A program made the translations under genes and the position numbers. The notes under the pieces are model-generated. The model was given only the letters and a program-made list of their open reading frames with translations. It searched no databases and was not told where the DNA came from. Below are positions 1 through 9,798 of a stretch of 30,919 nt of DNA, in pieces (the stretch's first letter is position 1; every line of letters starts with the position of its first letter). Location: assembly GCA_024279075.1 (NCBI GenBank), contig JAJRRX010000126.1, positions 1-30,919 on the forward strand, written 5' to 3'. Source of the stretch: Alphaproteobacteria bacterium (GTDB lineage Bacteria; Pseudomonadota; Alphaproteobacteria; Rhodobacterales; Rhodobacteraceae).

Positions 1-254
1 CCCGTGTCAGGGGTGAGTGTATATGCCGCCCCATTCGCCGTGGTGAGCGCCTGCAAGCTCTTAACAGGCTGGCTAAAGCTGCTATTCCCCCGCACCAGCT
101 CGGCCAGCTTGGAAATGCTTGGGCTGCCCGTTGCGTCCAGCATGTTGCTGGCGGATGTCATATCCCACCAGTAGGTGTTTGCATCTACCGTGAAGGGGGT
201 GCCGCTGGGGGGTATCAGCCAAAACCTGTCGTTGATGTCAAATCGCCTAGCCAT
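1..254 (-). CDS. Putative fibre/spike-type virion protein, N-terminal fragment (runs off the left edge)
   Basis: Not in the ORF track. ATG at 254 overlaps the upstream stop by 8 nt (ATGGCTAG) and the frame is open to the edge: MARRFDINDRFWLIPPSGTPFTVDANTYWWDMTSASNMLDATGSPSISKLAELVRG... Function is inferred from position only. Confidence 0.6.
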   Translation of the reverse strand, partial: MARRFDINDRFWLIPPSGTPFTVDANTYWWDMTSASNMLDATGSPSISKLAELVRGNSSFSQPVKSLQALTTANGAAYTLTPDT

Positions 255-540
255 GATCGACGCTCACTTGCCCGGGCAAGCTATAGCTGATTGCGTGCAA
301 GTAGCCCGATGTGGGCTGGCTCGGGAACAAATCAGCCATGGTGCCGGAAATCGGGTCATTGCCTTCCAAGCGGATTGCGCCTGCCCAGTCGGTAGGCGGG
401 GTGATGGTGGCGGCGGCCTTTACCAGCAGCGGGGTAGCGCCAACATTCTGCACCCGAAACGTGCCGGAAATAGCGACGGCCGGATCAGAGATAAGCGTGC
501 CGGTATCGCGTGGGAGGGTTGCCGTGTTTTCAAATGCCAT
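247..540 (-). CDS. Small beta-rich virion accessory protein (97 aa)
   Basis: Start refined to MAFENTATLPRD (ATG at 540, AAGGA upstream). It follows the tail fibre and ends in ...DLFP...VSVDHG, resembling small proteins of Rhodobacteraceae prophages (recalled, not searched). Confidence 0.7.
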   Translation of the reverse strand: MAFENTATLPRDTGTLISDPAVAISGTFRVQNVGATPLLVKAAATITPPTDWAGAIRLEGNDPISGTMADLFPSQPTSGYLHAISYSLPGQVSVDHG

Positions 541-574
541 GGTGTGATGTCCTTGGTTTGGTGTGAATTGCAGA

Positions 575-1915
575 TTATCGTATCGCCTGCACAATTAGGC
601 GGTGCTTCCAGTTTGCCTCTGTTAGTGGCGCGGAAGCCGAGGCATAGGGAACCAGCCAACCGTAATTCCCACGCTCAATATACAGCGTCGATGCGTTACC
701 GTAAACATTCACACCCGTGCCACTTTGCGCCTCAAAGAATGAGGTGAACGACATGGTGTCACCCAATGCGAACCCGAGATCGGCAGTTGTGCACTCCAGA
801 ACCAAGACCAACGTATCGGGTGTGGCCCCAAGGCTGTGGGCGTATGGGGTTGTTGCGTTGATTGGTGGCAATCCCGCGACCCATGCCGATTTGTAGGAGG
901 TCGTTGTTTGTGCCGTGATGGCAGATTTTATGTTCGATGGTCGGCACATGCTAGGCTTTGTGCTTGTGCCAGCCTCCCAATCGGACGTTGCTGACAAGCC
1001 GCTAAACCAAACCATCTCCCAATCGCCAACCTCATACTTCCTGAACACCGCCCAGTCACCAGCCGCCACCGTAATATCGGCCGCACCTAGCAACACCAAA
1101 TCCGCAGCATGGTGAGCCAGTGTCGCCGCACCTGTGAATTTCAACATGATAATTGAACCAACCGGCCAAGCGTTCGCAGTGGTTTCAATGCTGGCAATCG
1201 TCGTCGTGCCGGTTACGTTAAAGCTGTTCCCGTCCCGTAAGACCAGCAGCTCGGCAGCGCTGGCCACATCCGCGCCCTGTGACCAATCAATGGGGTTGCC
1301 GTTACTGTCAAGCGCACCGCTAAGTTGCGGTGTCGTGTCGTCTTCCAAATTATCCATAACCCCTGCGCCCAAGGTCACACGTGCAGTGTCGGCATCTGGG
1401 TCATCGAGCAGGGTGGCGGCAAAAGGTGTGGTAATCAAAGTGGTGGTAGAAGGAATGCCCACACTCAACACATTAGATGAATTAAAGCCGATCCAAAGGT
1501 TTTCTGTGTCGAGCGGTAATTCAGGCGCACGGTCGGAGGGAAGCTTTATTGCGCGCGCTACGGCTTCGTCTACTTCCTGAAGTCGTTGGGTAATGGCATC
1601 GAGCTGAGCCTCTAAGCCTTTCTCCAGCGCCGTTTTCCCAGCCCAGCCTTGATCGGCCACGCTGATGCGGCGGATTAGCAGTTTGGCACCTGTATAGGCC
1701 GAAAATATTGAACTGCTCAGGGTCACATCTCCGGTGGTTTCCGAGCTGCTCGGGGATACCGTGAAATCGGTGCTGTCGACTAGCTCCACAATGGTGGCGC
1801 CATGAAAGATGGTGCAGGCAATCTCGGCAACGTCTTGGTAGGGGTGGGTGATCGGATGTGGGCCAGCGGTGCTGATGGTGTAAAGCGGCGAGGGCGTGAA
1901 AATTTCGCGGGTCAT
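575..1915 (-). CDS. Tail fibre protein (446 aa)
   Basis: N-terminus resembles the T7 gp17-type tail-attachment region (...LLIRRIS...LEAQLDAITQRLQEVDE). Central GADVASAA...VTGTTTI...LGAADITVAAGD fibre-type segment. Located directly after the internal virion genes. Confidence 0.85.
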   Translation of the reverse strand: MTREIFTPSPLYTISTAGPHPITHPYQDVAEIACTIFHGATIVELVDSTDFTVSPSSSETTGDVTLSSSIFSAYTGAKLLIRRISVADQGWAGKTALEKGLEAQLDAITQRLQEVDEAVARAIKLPSDRAPELPLDTENLWIGFNSSNVLSVGIPSTTTLITTPFAATLLDDPDADTARVTLGAGVMDNLEDDTTPQLSGALDSNGNPIDWSQGADVASAAELLVLRDGNSFNVTGTTTIASIETTANAWPVGSIIMLKFTGAATLAHHAADLVLLGAADITVAAGDWAVFRKYEVGDWEMVWFSGLSATSDWEAGTSTKPSMCRPSNIKSAITAQTTTSYKSAWVAGLPPINATTPYAHSLGATPDTLVLVLECTTADLGFALGDTMSFTSFFEAQSGTGVNVYGNASTLYIERGNYGWLVPYASASAPLTEANWKHRLIVQAIR

Positions 1916-4369
1916 CTAGTTGGCTCCTGCAATGTTGGAAAGGTCGGGCGCGCGGCGGGGGAGGAGGTCGCCACGCGCCCACCAGCTGGCATTGCCATAG
2001 GTGCGCTGCTGGCGCTTTTCAGCACGGCGGAATTGCGCTTCGGCCTCGGGGTCAAGAAAGCGCTGGAGGTTATCCCATGCCCAGCGGTCCAGTGCCACGC
2101 GGGTGGGCCATAGGCTGGTGAGTGGCATGTAGCGGCGCGCGAGGTTGGAAATATCGCGGCCAACATAGGTGTTTTCGTCGTTCAGGGCGCGGGTGGTGTT
2201 GCTCGCCACCAGGCGGGTGAGGTCTCCTGCCAAGCCCACCACGGGGCCGCCTAGGGTCTCTGCCAGCCCGCCACCGGCGCGGCTGGTCTCTGACTTGAAG
2301 AAATCGCCAAAAATGCCAATGCCACCGCCTTGCGCCATAGCAGCCCCCCAAAAGCCGAGGTCATCCATCGGGCGCGGATCGCGGCCTTTGCTTAGCTCTT
2401 TGAGCTGCACCGCCAGCGCGCCCATGATCGTCATGCCGCCCACCAGCTGGGCCGCATAGATCGCCCGCGCGGTTTTGGTTTCCAGCGCCATGATGCGGCG
2501 ATACTGGTTCAGCGTCAGCGAAATCGCATAGTTCTTATACATGGCGCTGGAGCGCAGAAGCTCGCCGCCAATGGTGCCAGGGGCGCTATCGCCGATAAAC
2601 TTGGCGCGGCCCTCGAGGGAAACACTTGGAATGGCAAATTCCATTTGCTGCTCAAACACCGCTTGCAGGCGGATCGCGAGGCCCTCGGCCTCGGCGCGGG
2701 GCAGGCTGGTGGCTTCCAGCCAGTACTTGGTGGCAATGAATTTGGAGCCGTTGGGGGCGGTAAACAGCGCCGCAGGGTCGGCAATTTTGGCCCAGTCATC
2801 GGCAGTAATGCCGCCCATTTCCAGCGCGCCCCGCATCAATGGGTCCATGTCATCAAACTTTTTACCCACCTGTTGGGCAAGGTGCGCACCAAATTCCATT
2901 TGAAACGCAATGCGGTTCATATCGGTCCAGTGGTTCAGGCCGCTGGCCTTCATCACAAAGTTGCTGAAGCGCTCGGTGATCTCTGGCGACCACACATCGC
3001 CAAGGTAGCGGGCGCTGGCGCTGCCGGCATCGGCCAAGGTATCAGCCACATAGCCCATAGCGGCGGCCTCTTGGCGGCTGGCATGGCTGGCGATCAGCTT
3101 GGTGGCACGGCTTATGGTATTGTTGGGGTTCATACCCACGGCCTTGGCCGCCATGCGCACGGTCGCAAGGTCGGTCACCGCCGAAAGGGTGGCAGAGCCG
3201 AGCTGGGCGCTGGTGAGCATTTGGCGGGTGCCGGCTAAGAAGGCAGCCCATGCGTGATTGGCCGGCACATTGCCCGAGCCATCGAGATGAGCCAGCATAG
3301 CGCGGGCGAGCTTGGCTTTGGCTGATAGCTTGGCCGCCATCTTGTCATCGAGCGCGAGGTTGGCCTGCTTTTCCAGCACCTGAATGGCATGGTCCAGCCC
3401 CGCTTGCGGGTTGGGGCCAAAGTTGCGCATCAGGGCAATGTCGCGGGCCATGCCGTCAAGGTGGCTCACGATGCTGTCAAACGGGTTGGTGCCGCCAAAG
3501 CGCTTGTTATAGGCCATCCATTCATCGGCGTTTTTGAAGTGCAGAATGCGGGCATCGGCGCGCTGGTTGTAAAGCGCCTTGCCACCAGGGGCAAAGCTGG
3601 CCTCGCGCTTGTTCCAGCCGCGGGTGGTTATGCCCTCATAAACGTCTTTCAAAAAGCGGTCCGCCGCCGCGCGGTTGGGGCGGCCGCCAAGGGCAAAGGG
3701 CTTGCCGGTTTGGGTGTCGGTGATCCGGTTCCAGTCGATCCGGTCAAACACATCAGCGCGCCAGGCTTCAAAGCCCGCTTTGCGCAGCTTGGCCACATCA
3801 TGCACATGGGGCAGGCCAAAATCGGCCAGATCGCCAATGTCGCCGCCATGGGCGTTGAACAGCGTGCGCAAGCGGGTTTGGGCTTGTTGAATGGCCTCGG
3901 CCATTTGCGCGGCATGGGCGTTGGCGGTTTTCTCGCCGTGCAGCTCGCGCACCACATCGCCCAGCAGGGCCTTGTTTCGTGGGTTGCCGAAAATACCGCG
4001 GGCGTTTGCCTGAAAAAACGCGGCAAGGCCACCATGAGTTTGCTTCATAATGCCGTCGCGCTCAAAGCGGGTGCGCTCAAGGTTGCTGATCAGCAGGTTT
4101 GGCGTGGCGTCTGCCCCGCTATAAATCGCTTGGTTGCGCTGCGCGGTTTTGAGTTGCTCAATTACAGAATGCGCGCGGGAATTGGCAGCGCGGCGGGTGG
4201 CAACCTTAATGTCATCAGCCGCGCGGGCCTGTGCGGCGTGCAATGGCATAGAGGCGCTGTAGCGGTCCACCAGTTCGGTGAACGCGCGCTGCGCATCTCT
4301 GCCGCGTGTCAGGTCGATCTCGCCATTGTCCATGGCCACTTGCAGGCAGTCGTTCATGTTAGCCATCAC
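1916..4369 (-). CDS. Large internal virion (ejection) protein, epsilon15 gp17-like (817 aa)
   Basis: Size, position before the tail fibre, hydrophobic Gly-rich C-terminal segment followed by GRDPRPMDD...GGGIGIFGDF. ATGA overlap with the upstream gene. Confidence 0.8.
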   Translation of the reverse strand: MMANMNDCLQVAMDNGEIDLTRGRDAQRAFTELVDRYSASMPLHAAQARAADDIKVATRRAANSRAHSVIEQLKTAQRNQAIYSGADATPNLLISNLERTRFERDGIMKQTHGGLAAFFQANARGIFGNPRNKALLGDVVRELHGEKTANAHAAQMAEAIQQAQTRLRTLFNAHGGDIGDLADFGLPHVHDVAKLRKAGFEAWRADVFDRIDWNRITDTQTGKPFALGGRPNRAAADRFLKDVYEGITTRGWNKREASFAPGGKALYNQRADARILHFKNADEWMAYNKRFGGTNPFDSIVSHLDGMARDIALMRNFGPNPQAGLDHAIQVLEKQANLALDDKMAAKLSAKAKLARAMLAHLDGSGNVPANHAWAAFLAGTRQMLTSAQLGSATLSAVTDLATVRMAAKAVGMNPNNTISRATKLIASHASRQEAAAMGYVADTLADAGSASARYLGDVWSPEITERFSNFVMKASGLNHWTDMNRIAFQMEFGAHLAQQVGKKFDDMDPLMRGALEMGGITADDWAKIADPAALFTAPNGSKFIATKYWLEATSLPRAEAEGLAIRLQAVFEQQMEFAIPSVSLEGRAKFIGDSAPGTIGGELLRSSAMYKNYAISLTLNQYRRIMALETKTARAIYAAQLVGGMTIMGALAVQLKELSKGRDPRPMDDLGFWGAAMAQGGGIGIFGDFFKSETSRAGGGLAETLGGPVVGLAGDLTRLVASNTTRALNDENTYVGRDISNLARRYMPLTSLWPTRVALDRWAWDNLQRFLDPEAEAQFRRAEKRQQRTYGNASWWARGDLLPRRAPDLSNIAGAN

Positions 4370-7300
4370 GCGCCACCTTTCGGGTTACAGAGGTTTATGA
4401 TGTCCGCCAGGTTGGCATCGGCATCGAGGTCATCGAGGATCTCTGAGGCGCGGTAGGTTTGGCCGTCAGCCGTGGTGATTTCGAAATCATCGGCAGCTAC
4501 AATGCTCTCGCGCACCTCTTTCAAGGCCTGCGAAACCTGCACCTCTTGAATTTTATCGGTGGATGTGATATCCAAGCCTTGCCCGGTTGCATCAGGAATT
4601 CGCGATGGTGCACTTGCAGGTGGCTCGTCCGAAGTCTGCACCTGCCGGGCAGTTGTTCCTCTTTGGTCGTCAAAACTGGTAACCAACCATGTTTTTTGCT
4701 GGCCATCATAATCCAGCCTAATTACGGCCGCCCTGGGCGGCGTGTCGTTCGTTTGAATATACACACGGTCTGATAATTGTTTGGTGATGTGTCCATCGCG
4801 CAAAACACGAGGCAGATCGGCCAAAACATCATCACCGTGTTTATACTGGATATGCCGCAAACCAAAGTTTTCATTCCCGTAAACAAAGGCAATATTGCCT
4901 AAATCAGGGTGTTCAAAAGCATCGGTAACTTCACCGCTTTTGGTCTCCATCAAGCGCTTGATTGCCCCTTCAGGATTGTTTCGGAAGCCACTTATTTCTG
5001 GGCCAAATGGCAAAGAAGGGCTATTTGATACTGCCGCTCGAAGGTCCGCTGCACCCTGCGCATCTGCGGCAATCGAGCCATCGCTTTGCGCCCCGTCTAT
5101 GTAGCCTTGTTCGTCGATCTGGCTGGTGTCGAGCGGCGCTCTAGCTTGTCCGCCGCCGCTTTGAGCTGCGGGTCGGTTTGGCTGGCGGTAGAGGCTTTCA
5201 TCGCGCGGGCGAGTGCCAGGCCCGCCAGGGGCGAAAAGGTCGGTTTCTTTTTGGATTGCATCGAGCACCTCCATGGGGCCGCTAGACAATTCATCACTGA
5301 AAAGCGCGGCATCGGTTTTGCCCACTATGCGGGCTTCATTGGTGTAGCCGTCCAGCAGCTCGGTGATCTCGCGATCAGGGCGCACACGGTCGCCCTTGCG
5401 GAAGATTTGCACCAGCGCTTCGGTGAGCGGGTGGATTTGGCCATCGAGGCTGATTTGTGCCAAGGCATCATCAATCGCCCCTGCGGTGCTGCCGCCACCC
5501 TTGCTGGCATTTCTGCGTGCATCGCCAATCAGCCGCACCGCATCGAGCAGGTGGGCGGTCAGGTCCATCTCGGGCTTGATCAGCCCCGCCTCGATGTCAG
5601 CCCGCAGGGCAGACCACGCGGGCGCAGCTTCAGCCAGCGCGTCAATCAGCGAGCGCATGGCAGGGTCAGCGGCCTCGGTGTGTTTGGCAATCAGGTCCGG
5701 TGCGCCATATGCGCGGGCAAAAAGCGCTTGTTTCAAGCGTCGCTCGCCATCAAGGTTCAAGCGGCCCTCGGCAGTGGTCAGGGCGGCGCGCTCATTGGCG
5801 GGCAAGCCTTCCAAAAAAGCCCGGGCAAAGGTGGTGTTTTCCGGTGCGCTTATAGGTTTTCCCGGGCTGTATTGCGCCATGGTGTGACTGGAAAGCCCCC
5901 GGGCATCTTGCGCGGCCTGCTCGGTGGCGCTCATGCGGGCAATCGAGCTGGTGTTGGCGTCGTTCACAAAATCAACGCGGGCCTCTGGGGTGAGGTCAGA
6001 TTGGCGGCGGGCCACCAGCACGGGGTCGGCCATGCCCTCGGGAATGTCAAAACCCGCCTCGTTAATGGCGGCGCGGTAAGCCGCTTTGCGGTCTGGCGCG
6101 GCTTGTTGAATAGCCGCCACGCGGCCATTGCCGCTCTCGATCACGTTATCAGGGCCAATAATAGGCGCGCCTCGGTCCGCCTCAGATGAAGGCATCAGGC
6201 GGGCAGGGTCCAGTTCGGCGGCAATCTGGGTGATCTGGGCATCACTGGCCGCGCGGGTGCGATCGCGCGGCTGAAGCTCGCCGCTAGCGCGGGTTAACAG
6301 GCTGGCATCCACCACCTCATAAGCCACATCAATGCGGGTGCCGGAGGGCGTGACCACTTGGCCAGGTGCGGTATATCCCGCACGGGTGCCGGTGGGGATA
6401 TTGCTAGCGCCATTGGTGGTGGCGCGGGGGCTGGTGGGAAGTGGAACTTCAAAAGGTTGGCCGGTTCGCCCAGCATTGATTGCTTTACCAAAATATGGAT
6501 CGAGCGAGGCTGAGCGTCTATCTGGCCCCCATGCGGCCACTGAGCCACCCCCAACATGCACACCCCAATCGTAATGGCCAAGGCCTGGAAACACAGCAGC
6601 AGCATTTGTGAAGAACCGCGCATATAATTCGGGGTCTTCGCTCGGTGTGATTTTCACACCATTTCGTGTGAGAACAAGATCCGCAGTATTGGAATGTCCG
6701 GATACATCAACGTCATGACGCACACTACCAGTCCGTGGGCCACCTGAGCCAATGGGCGCTTGCCCTGCCGACGTGACAATTATCCCGATATCTTCACCAA
6801 GTGGGGCAACAACGCCATTTAAACGGGCTTGAAAATCACTGCTAATCGGCATTGAACGAATTTTGCCTTCTAACTCAAATGTGATTGGAACTTCGCGAAC
6901 TGGCGCAACCGGCACCGGCTCATCATTGGCCAGCGCGGCCTCGGTGTCGCGCGCTAGGGTCTCGCCATCGACATCGCCTTCAGCCTGCATCTGGTTGCGG
7001 CCGGCGCGGTATTGATTAAAGCGCCGCGCGCCAGAGGCAACGGCGTGAACTGCACCGCCAAGCACACCGCCAAAAGCCGCGCCCATGGTGATTTGGGCGA
7101 GGGCATTCGGGTCTGGTATGTCTAGCTTTTCGGCTTGGTCATTCATGCGGGGCAGGATGGCCGCTTCGCCTGCGGCCCCAAGAGCCGCTTCTGTTGCGAC
7201 CGTGCGTAAAAATCCACCGCCAAAGCCTAGCGGGGCCATGGCAAGGCTAAGTTCATCGGTCATCGCTACAGCGCCACGGCCTATGAATTCGGCCAATCCA

Positions 7301-7746
7301 GAGCCTGCGCCGCCCATGTTCAAGGTTTTTTGCGCATCCTCGTATTCAGCACGCCGGATGCGGATAACTTCGGCATCCAGCGCCTCAACGGAATTGATCG
7401 TAATGTCACCCCATGCAGCGGGGTCTTCTGCCTGCTTTGCCGCCAATGCCTCAAAAATCTTGGCTTCAAGGTCTGGGCGGCGGGTATCATGGTTAAAGCC
7501 GGATTGCTGAAACTCCGCCAAAACATCATTGGCAAAATAGTCTGGCGGAAAGCGGGAGGTGATTTCCTGCATGATCCCCATGCGGGTGCGGCCTTCCTGA
7601 TCCCAAGCGTTTGTTTCCAGGCTTTCCGAGGTGGCCGCTGCCCCAATAATATCACCAACCGAAGCCACTTCTCCTGTAGCGCGGCCACTTAGTGGTGGGG
7701 GTGGGTTTGCGAGCAATTCCTCACGGCTTGGCAAAAATGTGGTCAT
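4366..7746 (-). CDS. Multidomain (polyvalent) internal virion protein: M15-like peptidase segment, DdrB-ParB domain, PBECR-type RNase domain (1126 aa)
   Basis: Start refined to MTTFLPS (ATGA overlap at 7743-7746). Motifs: GSVRH...ADL...GVHVG; VAYEVVDA...LQPRDR...GAPIIGPDNVIESGNGRV; DAFEHPDLGNIAFVYG...GLRHI..KHG...WLVTSF. Confidence 0.8.
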   Translation of the reverse strand: MTTFLPSREELLANPPPPLSGRATGEVASVGDIIGAAATSESLETNAWDQEGRTRMGIMQEITSRFPPDYFANDVLAEFQQSGFNHDTRRPDLEAKIFEALAAKQAEDPAAWGDITINSVEALDAEVIRIRRAEYEDAQKTLNMGGAGSGLAEFIGRGAVAMTDELSLAMAPLGFGGGFLRTVATEAALGAAGEAAILPRMNDQAEKLDIPDPNALAQITMGAAFGGVLGGAVHAVASGARRFNQYRAGRNQMQAEGDVDGETLARDTEAALANDEPVPVAPVREVPITFELEGKIRSMPISSDFQARLNGVVAPLGEDIGIIVTSAGQAPIGSGGPRTGSVRHDVDVSGHSNTADLVLTRNGVKITPSEDPELYARFFTNAAAVFPGLGHYDWGVHVGGGSVAAWGPDRRSASLDPYFGKAINAGRTGQPFEVPLPTSPRATTNGASNIPTGTRAGYTAPGQVVTPSGTRIDVAYEVVDASLLTRASGELQPRDRTRAASDAQITQIAAELDPARLMPSSEADRGAPIIGPDNVIESGNGRVAAIQQAAPDRKAAYRAAINEAGFDIPEGMADPVLVARRQSDLTPEARVDFVNDANTSSIARMSATEQAAQDARGLSSHTMAQYSPGKPISAPENTTFARAFLEGLPANERAALTTAEGRLNLDGERRLKQALFARAYGAPDLIAKHTEAADPAMRSLIDALAEAAPAWSALRADIEAGLIKPEMDLTAHLLDAVRLIGDARRNASKGGGSTAGAIDDALAQISLDGQIHPLTEALVQIFRKGDRVRPDREITELLDGYTNEARIVGKTDAALFSDELSSGPMEVLDAIQKETDLFAPGGPGTRPRDESLYRQPNRPAAQSGGGQARAPLDTSQIDEQGYIDGAQSDGSIAADAQGAADLRAAVSNSPSLPFGPEISGFRNNPEGAIKRLMETKSGEVTDAFEHPDLGNIAFVYGNENFGLRHIQYKHGDDVLADLPRVLRDGHITKQLSDRVYIQTNDTPPRAAVIRLDYDGQQKTWLVTSFDDQRGTTARQVQTSDEPPASAPSRIPDATGQGLDITSTDKIQEVQVSQALKEVRESIVAADDFEITTADGQTYRASEILDDLDADANLADIINLCNPKGGA

Positions 7747-9797
7747 TGCTGCATTGCCTCCACAAAGGCACGCATATCGAGCCAATAAGGCTCGCCTGTG
7801 CCACCCGCTTCAATCGGCCATGTGTTTCCACCTGCGCTGTAGAACACCTGATAAACGCCATCACCAACGGCTCGGAAATGAAGGTTTGAAACATCTTCAG
7901 CAGTTAGGTCTCGGCCTGCAAATGTAGGCGCATCACCCGTAAGACTGGCATCGCGCCAAACCGCGATCGGGTCGCCATCATCAGCACCAAAAGCGTCTAC
8001 GGATTTCCCCCAAGCTTCGTTAAATTCTCCAGCCGTCATGCCGATGGGCATTAAAGTATCAACACCCTTTGCAAACAGTGTCCACGCTGGATCATTGCCA
8101 ATTTCCTGAATGCCGCCGGTTTGCTGGCCGCGTGCATTAATGCTGGCCCCAAGGGCGGCTGATAACGCTTTTTTGAAATCAGTTTCAAACGTGTCACCCT
8201 CAGCATCTTGGCCATTGGCTGTGCTGGCCCAAATAGCAGTGGCCGTTTCCAGCAAAACGCTCTTGAGCTGCTCACCACCGCTAATATCCTGAAACAGATT
8301 TGCATAGCGATCATAAACCAGTGTGCGCGCTTCGGCGCTGCTGGGCAGGTCCACGGTGCCAGCGGCAATGGCCTGCTGTCCTTTGAATGCAGCTTCAGCA
8401 ATGGCAGGGTTTCCGCCGCCTGCGAGCTGCCCTGCCATATGGGTGAACACCGGATCAGCGCCGAGGTTGGCGAGCGCTTGGTGGGCGTTGTCGCCAAAAC
8501 CTGTGCTGAGTAGGGCCGCGGCCTCCACGCGGGCGGCGGGGTCTTGGTCCGGTGTTGTCATGGCCGTGATCTGGTCGCGCTCGGCGGCGGTGAAGAAAAC
8601 CGGCGTATCTGTGTAGCCGTCTTCTACCAACCCGTTGGCAAATGTGGCGCGTTTTGAGAAGAATTCTATCAGCGCTTGCGGATCGGCATTGGCAAGGTCT
8701 TCTGGCGCGGCTGGGGCAGGCAGGCCCACGGCTTGGGCGCGCGCAATCGGGTCATCACGCCAACCCTTTTCGGCTTCCTTCAGGATGCTTTGCATGGCGG
8801 CGAGCCGATTGTTATCATAGCCATTGGCCACGGTGCGCTGGCTTTCCTCGGCAATAGCGGCGCGGAGCTGGGCCGGCGTCATTTGCGCCATTTCCGGGCG
8901 CTCGTCGCGCAGCTGCACGGCGGCAAGTGCCTCGCCGAATTTCGGGTTATCGCGAAATTCCGGCGTGTTGAGGATATCCTCTTCACTTTGGGCAATGCGG
9001 CCCTGGTTGGCGGCGGTGATCACAAGGCTAAGCTGGTTTTTGGCAATCGCGTCCACCTCACGCGCCGCTTGTGTTGCGGCCTTTTCGGCGGCGGTGCTGG
9101 CGCGGGCTTGCAGAGCGGAGCGCTGGGGGCCGGTAATGCCCGCATATTCGCCGTTGCCAAGGGCTTCGGCGAGGCCTGCGGGGTCATCCACCAGGCGGGC
9201 ATTGGCGGCGGTCAGGTCTTGCTGGCTGGTGAAGCTGGCAATCTCGTCTCCTGCTTGTTCAGGTGTCAGTGCGCCGGTGGTTACCGCATCCACCACGCTT
9301 TCAGAAAAGTTGGTAGTGCTGGTGGTGCGGGTGGCTTCATCCGTGCCAGCGGCATTGGCCACGGCGGTGCGGCGCGCAGCTTCGAGATTGGCGCGCATGG
9401 TGCTTTGGTGCAGATCGGTGGCGCGGGCACCGATGGCCAGCGTGTGGCGGTTGGCCAGCTCGTCAAAGGCCATGCCGGCGCGGGGCTGCAAGCGCTCGGT
9501 TAGATTGCCCATCAGGTTGGCGCGAATTTCCTGAATGCGCGTTGGAAAATCTCGGTTAAGCACCGTTGGGTCTGATATGTTGTCAAACTCTTGCCGCAAC
9601 TGCCCAAGCTGCATTTGCATGTCGATCTGCGCTTGGGAAAGCTCGCGGGCGTCCTGCTCGTTGCGGATTTTCATGCCGTTGTTGAAAAGCGATTGGCCAA
9701 ATTCCGCCACGGCACCGCCCGCGCTTTCATTGCTCACGCGGACCTGGGCGGCGCGGCCGCCGCTGATCGGGGCGGTGGGGACAATCAGATCAGCCAT
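7743..9797 (-). CDS. Internal virion (ejection) protein (684 aa)
   Basis: Ala/Gln-rich helical protein in the conserved position between the small internal protein and the large ejection proteins. Confidence 0.75.
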   Translation of the reverse strand: MADLIVPTAPISGGRAAQVRVSNESAGGAVAEFGQSLFNNGMKIRNEQDARELSQAQIDMQMQLGQLRQEFDNISDPTVLNRDFPTRIQEIRANLMGNLTERLQPRAGMAFDELANRHTLAIGARATDLHQSTMRANLEAARRTAVANAAGTDEATRTTSTTNFSESVVDAVTTGALTPEQAGDEIASFTSQQDLTAANARLVDDPAGLAEALGNGEYAGITGPQRSALQARASTAAEKAATQAAREVDAIAKNQLSLVITAANQGRIAQSEEDILNTPEFRDNPKFGEALAAVQLRDERPEMAQMTPAQLRAAIAEESQRTVANGYDNNRLAAMQSILKEAEKGWRDDPIARAQAVGLPAPAAPEDLANADPQALIEFFSKRATFANGLVEDGYTDTPVFFTAAERDQITAMTTPDQDPAARVEAAALLSTGFGDNAHQALANLGADPVFTHMAGQLAGGGNPAIAEAAFKGQQAIAAGTVDLPSSAEARTLVYDRYANLFQDISGGEQLKSVLLETATAIWASTANGQDAEGDTFETDFKKALSAALGASINARGQQTGGIQEIGNDPAWTLFAKGVDTLMPIGMTAGEFNEAWGKSVDAFGADDGDPIAVWRDASLTGDAPTFAGRDLTAEDVSNLHFRAVGDGVYQVFYSAGGNTWPIEAGGTGEPYWLDMRAFVEAMQQ

Positions 9798-9798
9798 G

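Noticed and set aside
1-1915. Diversity-generating retroelement, as in BPP-1
   Set aside because: No reverse transcriptase, avd or TR/VR repeat pair is visible in the window. One could lie beyond the left edge.
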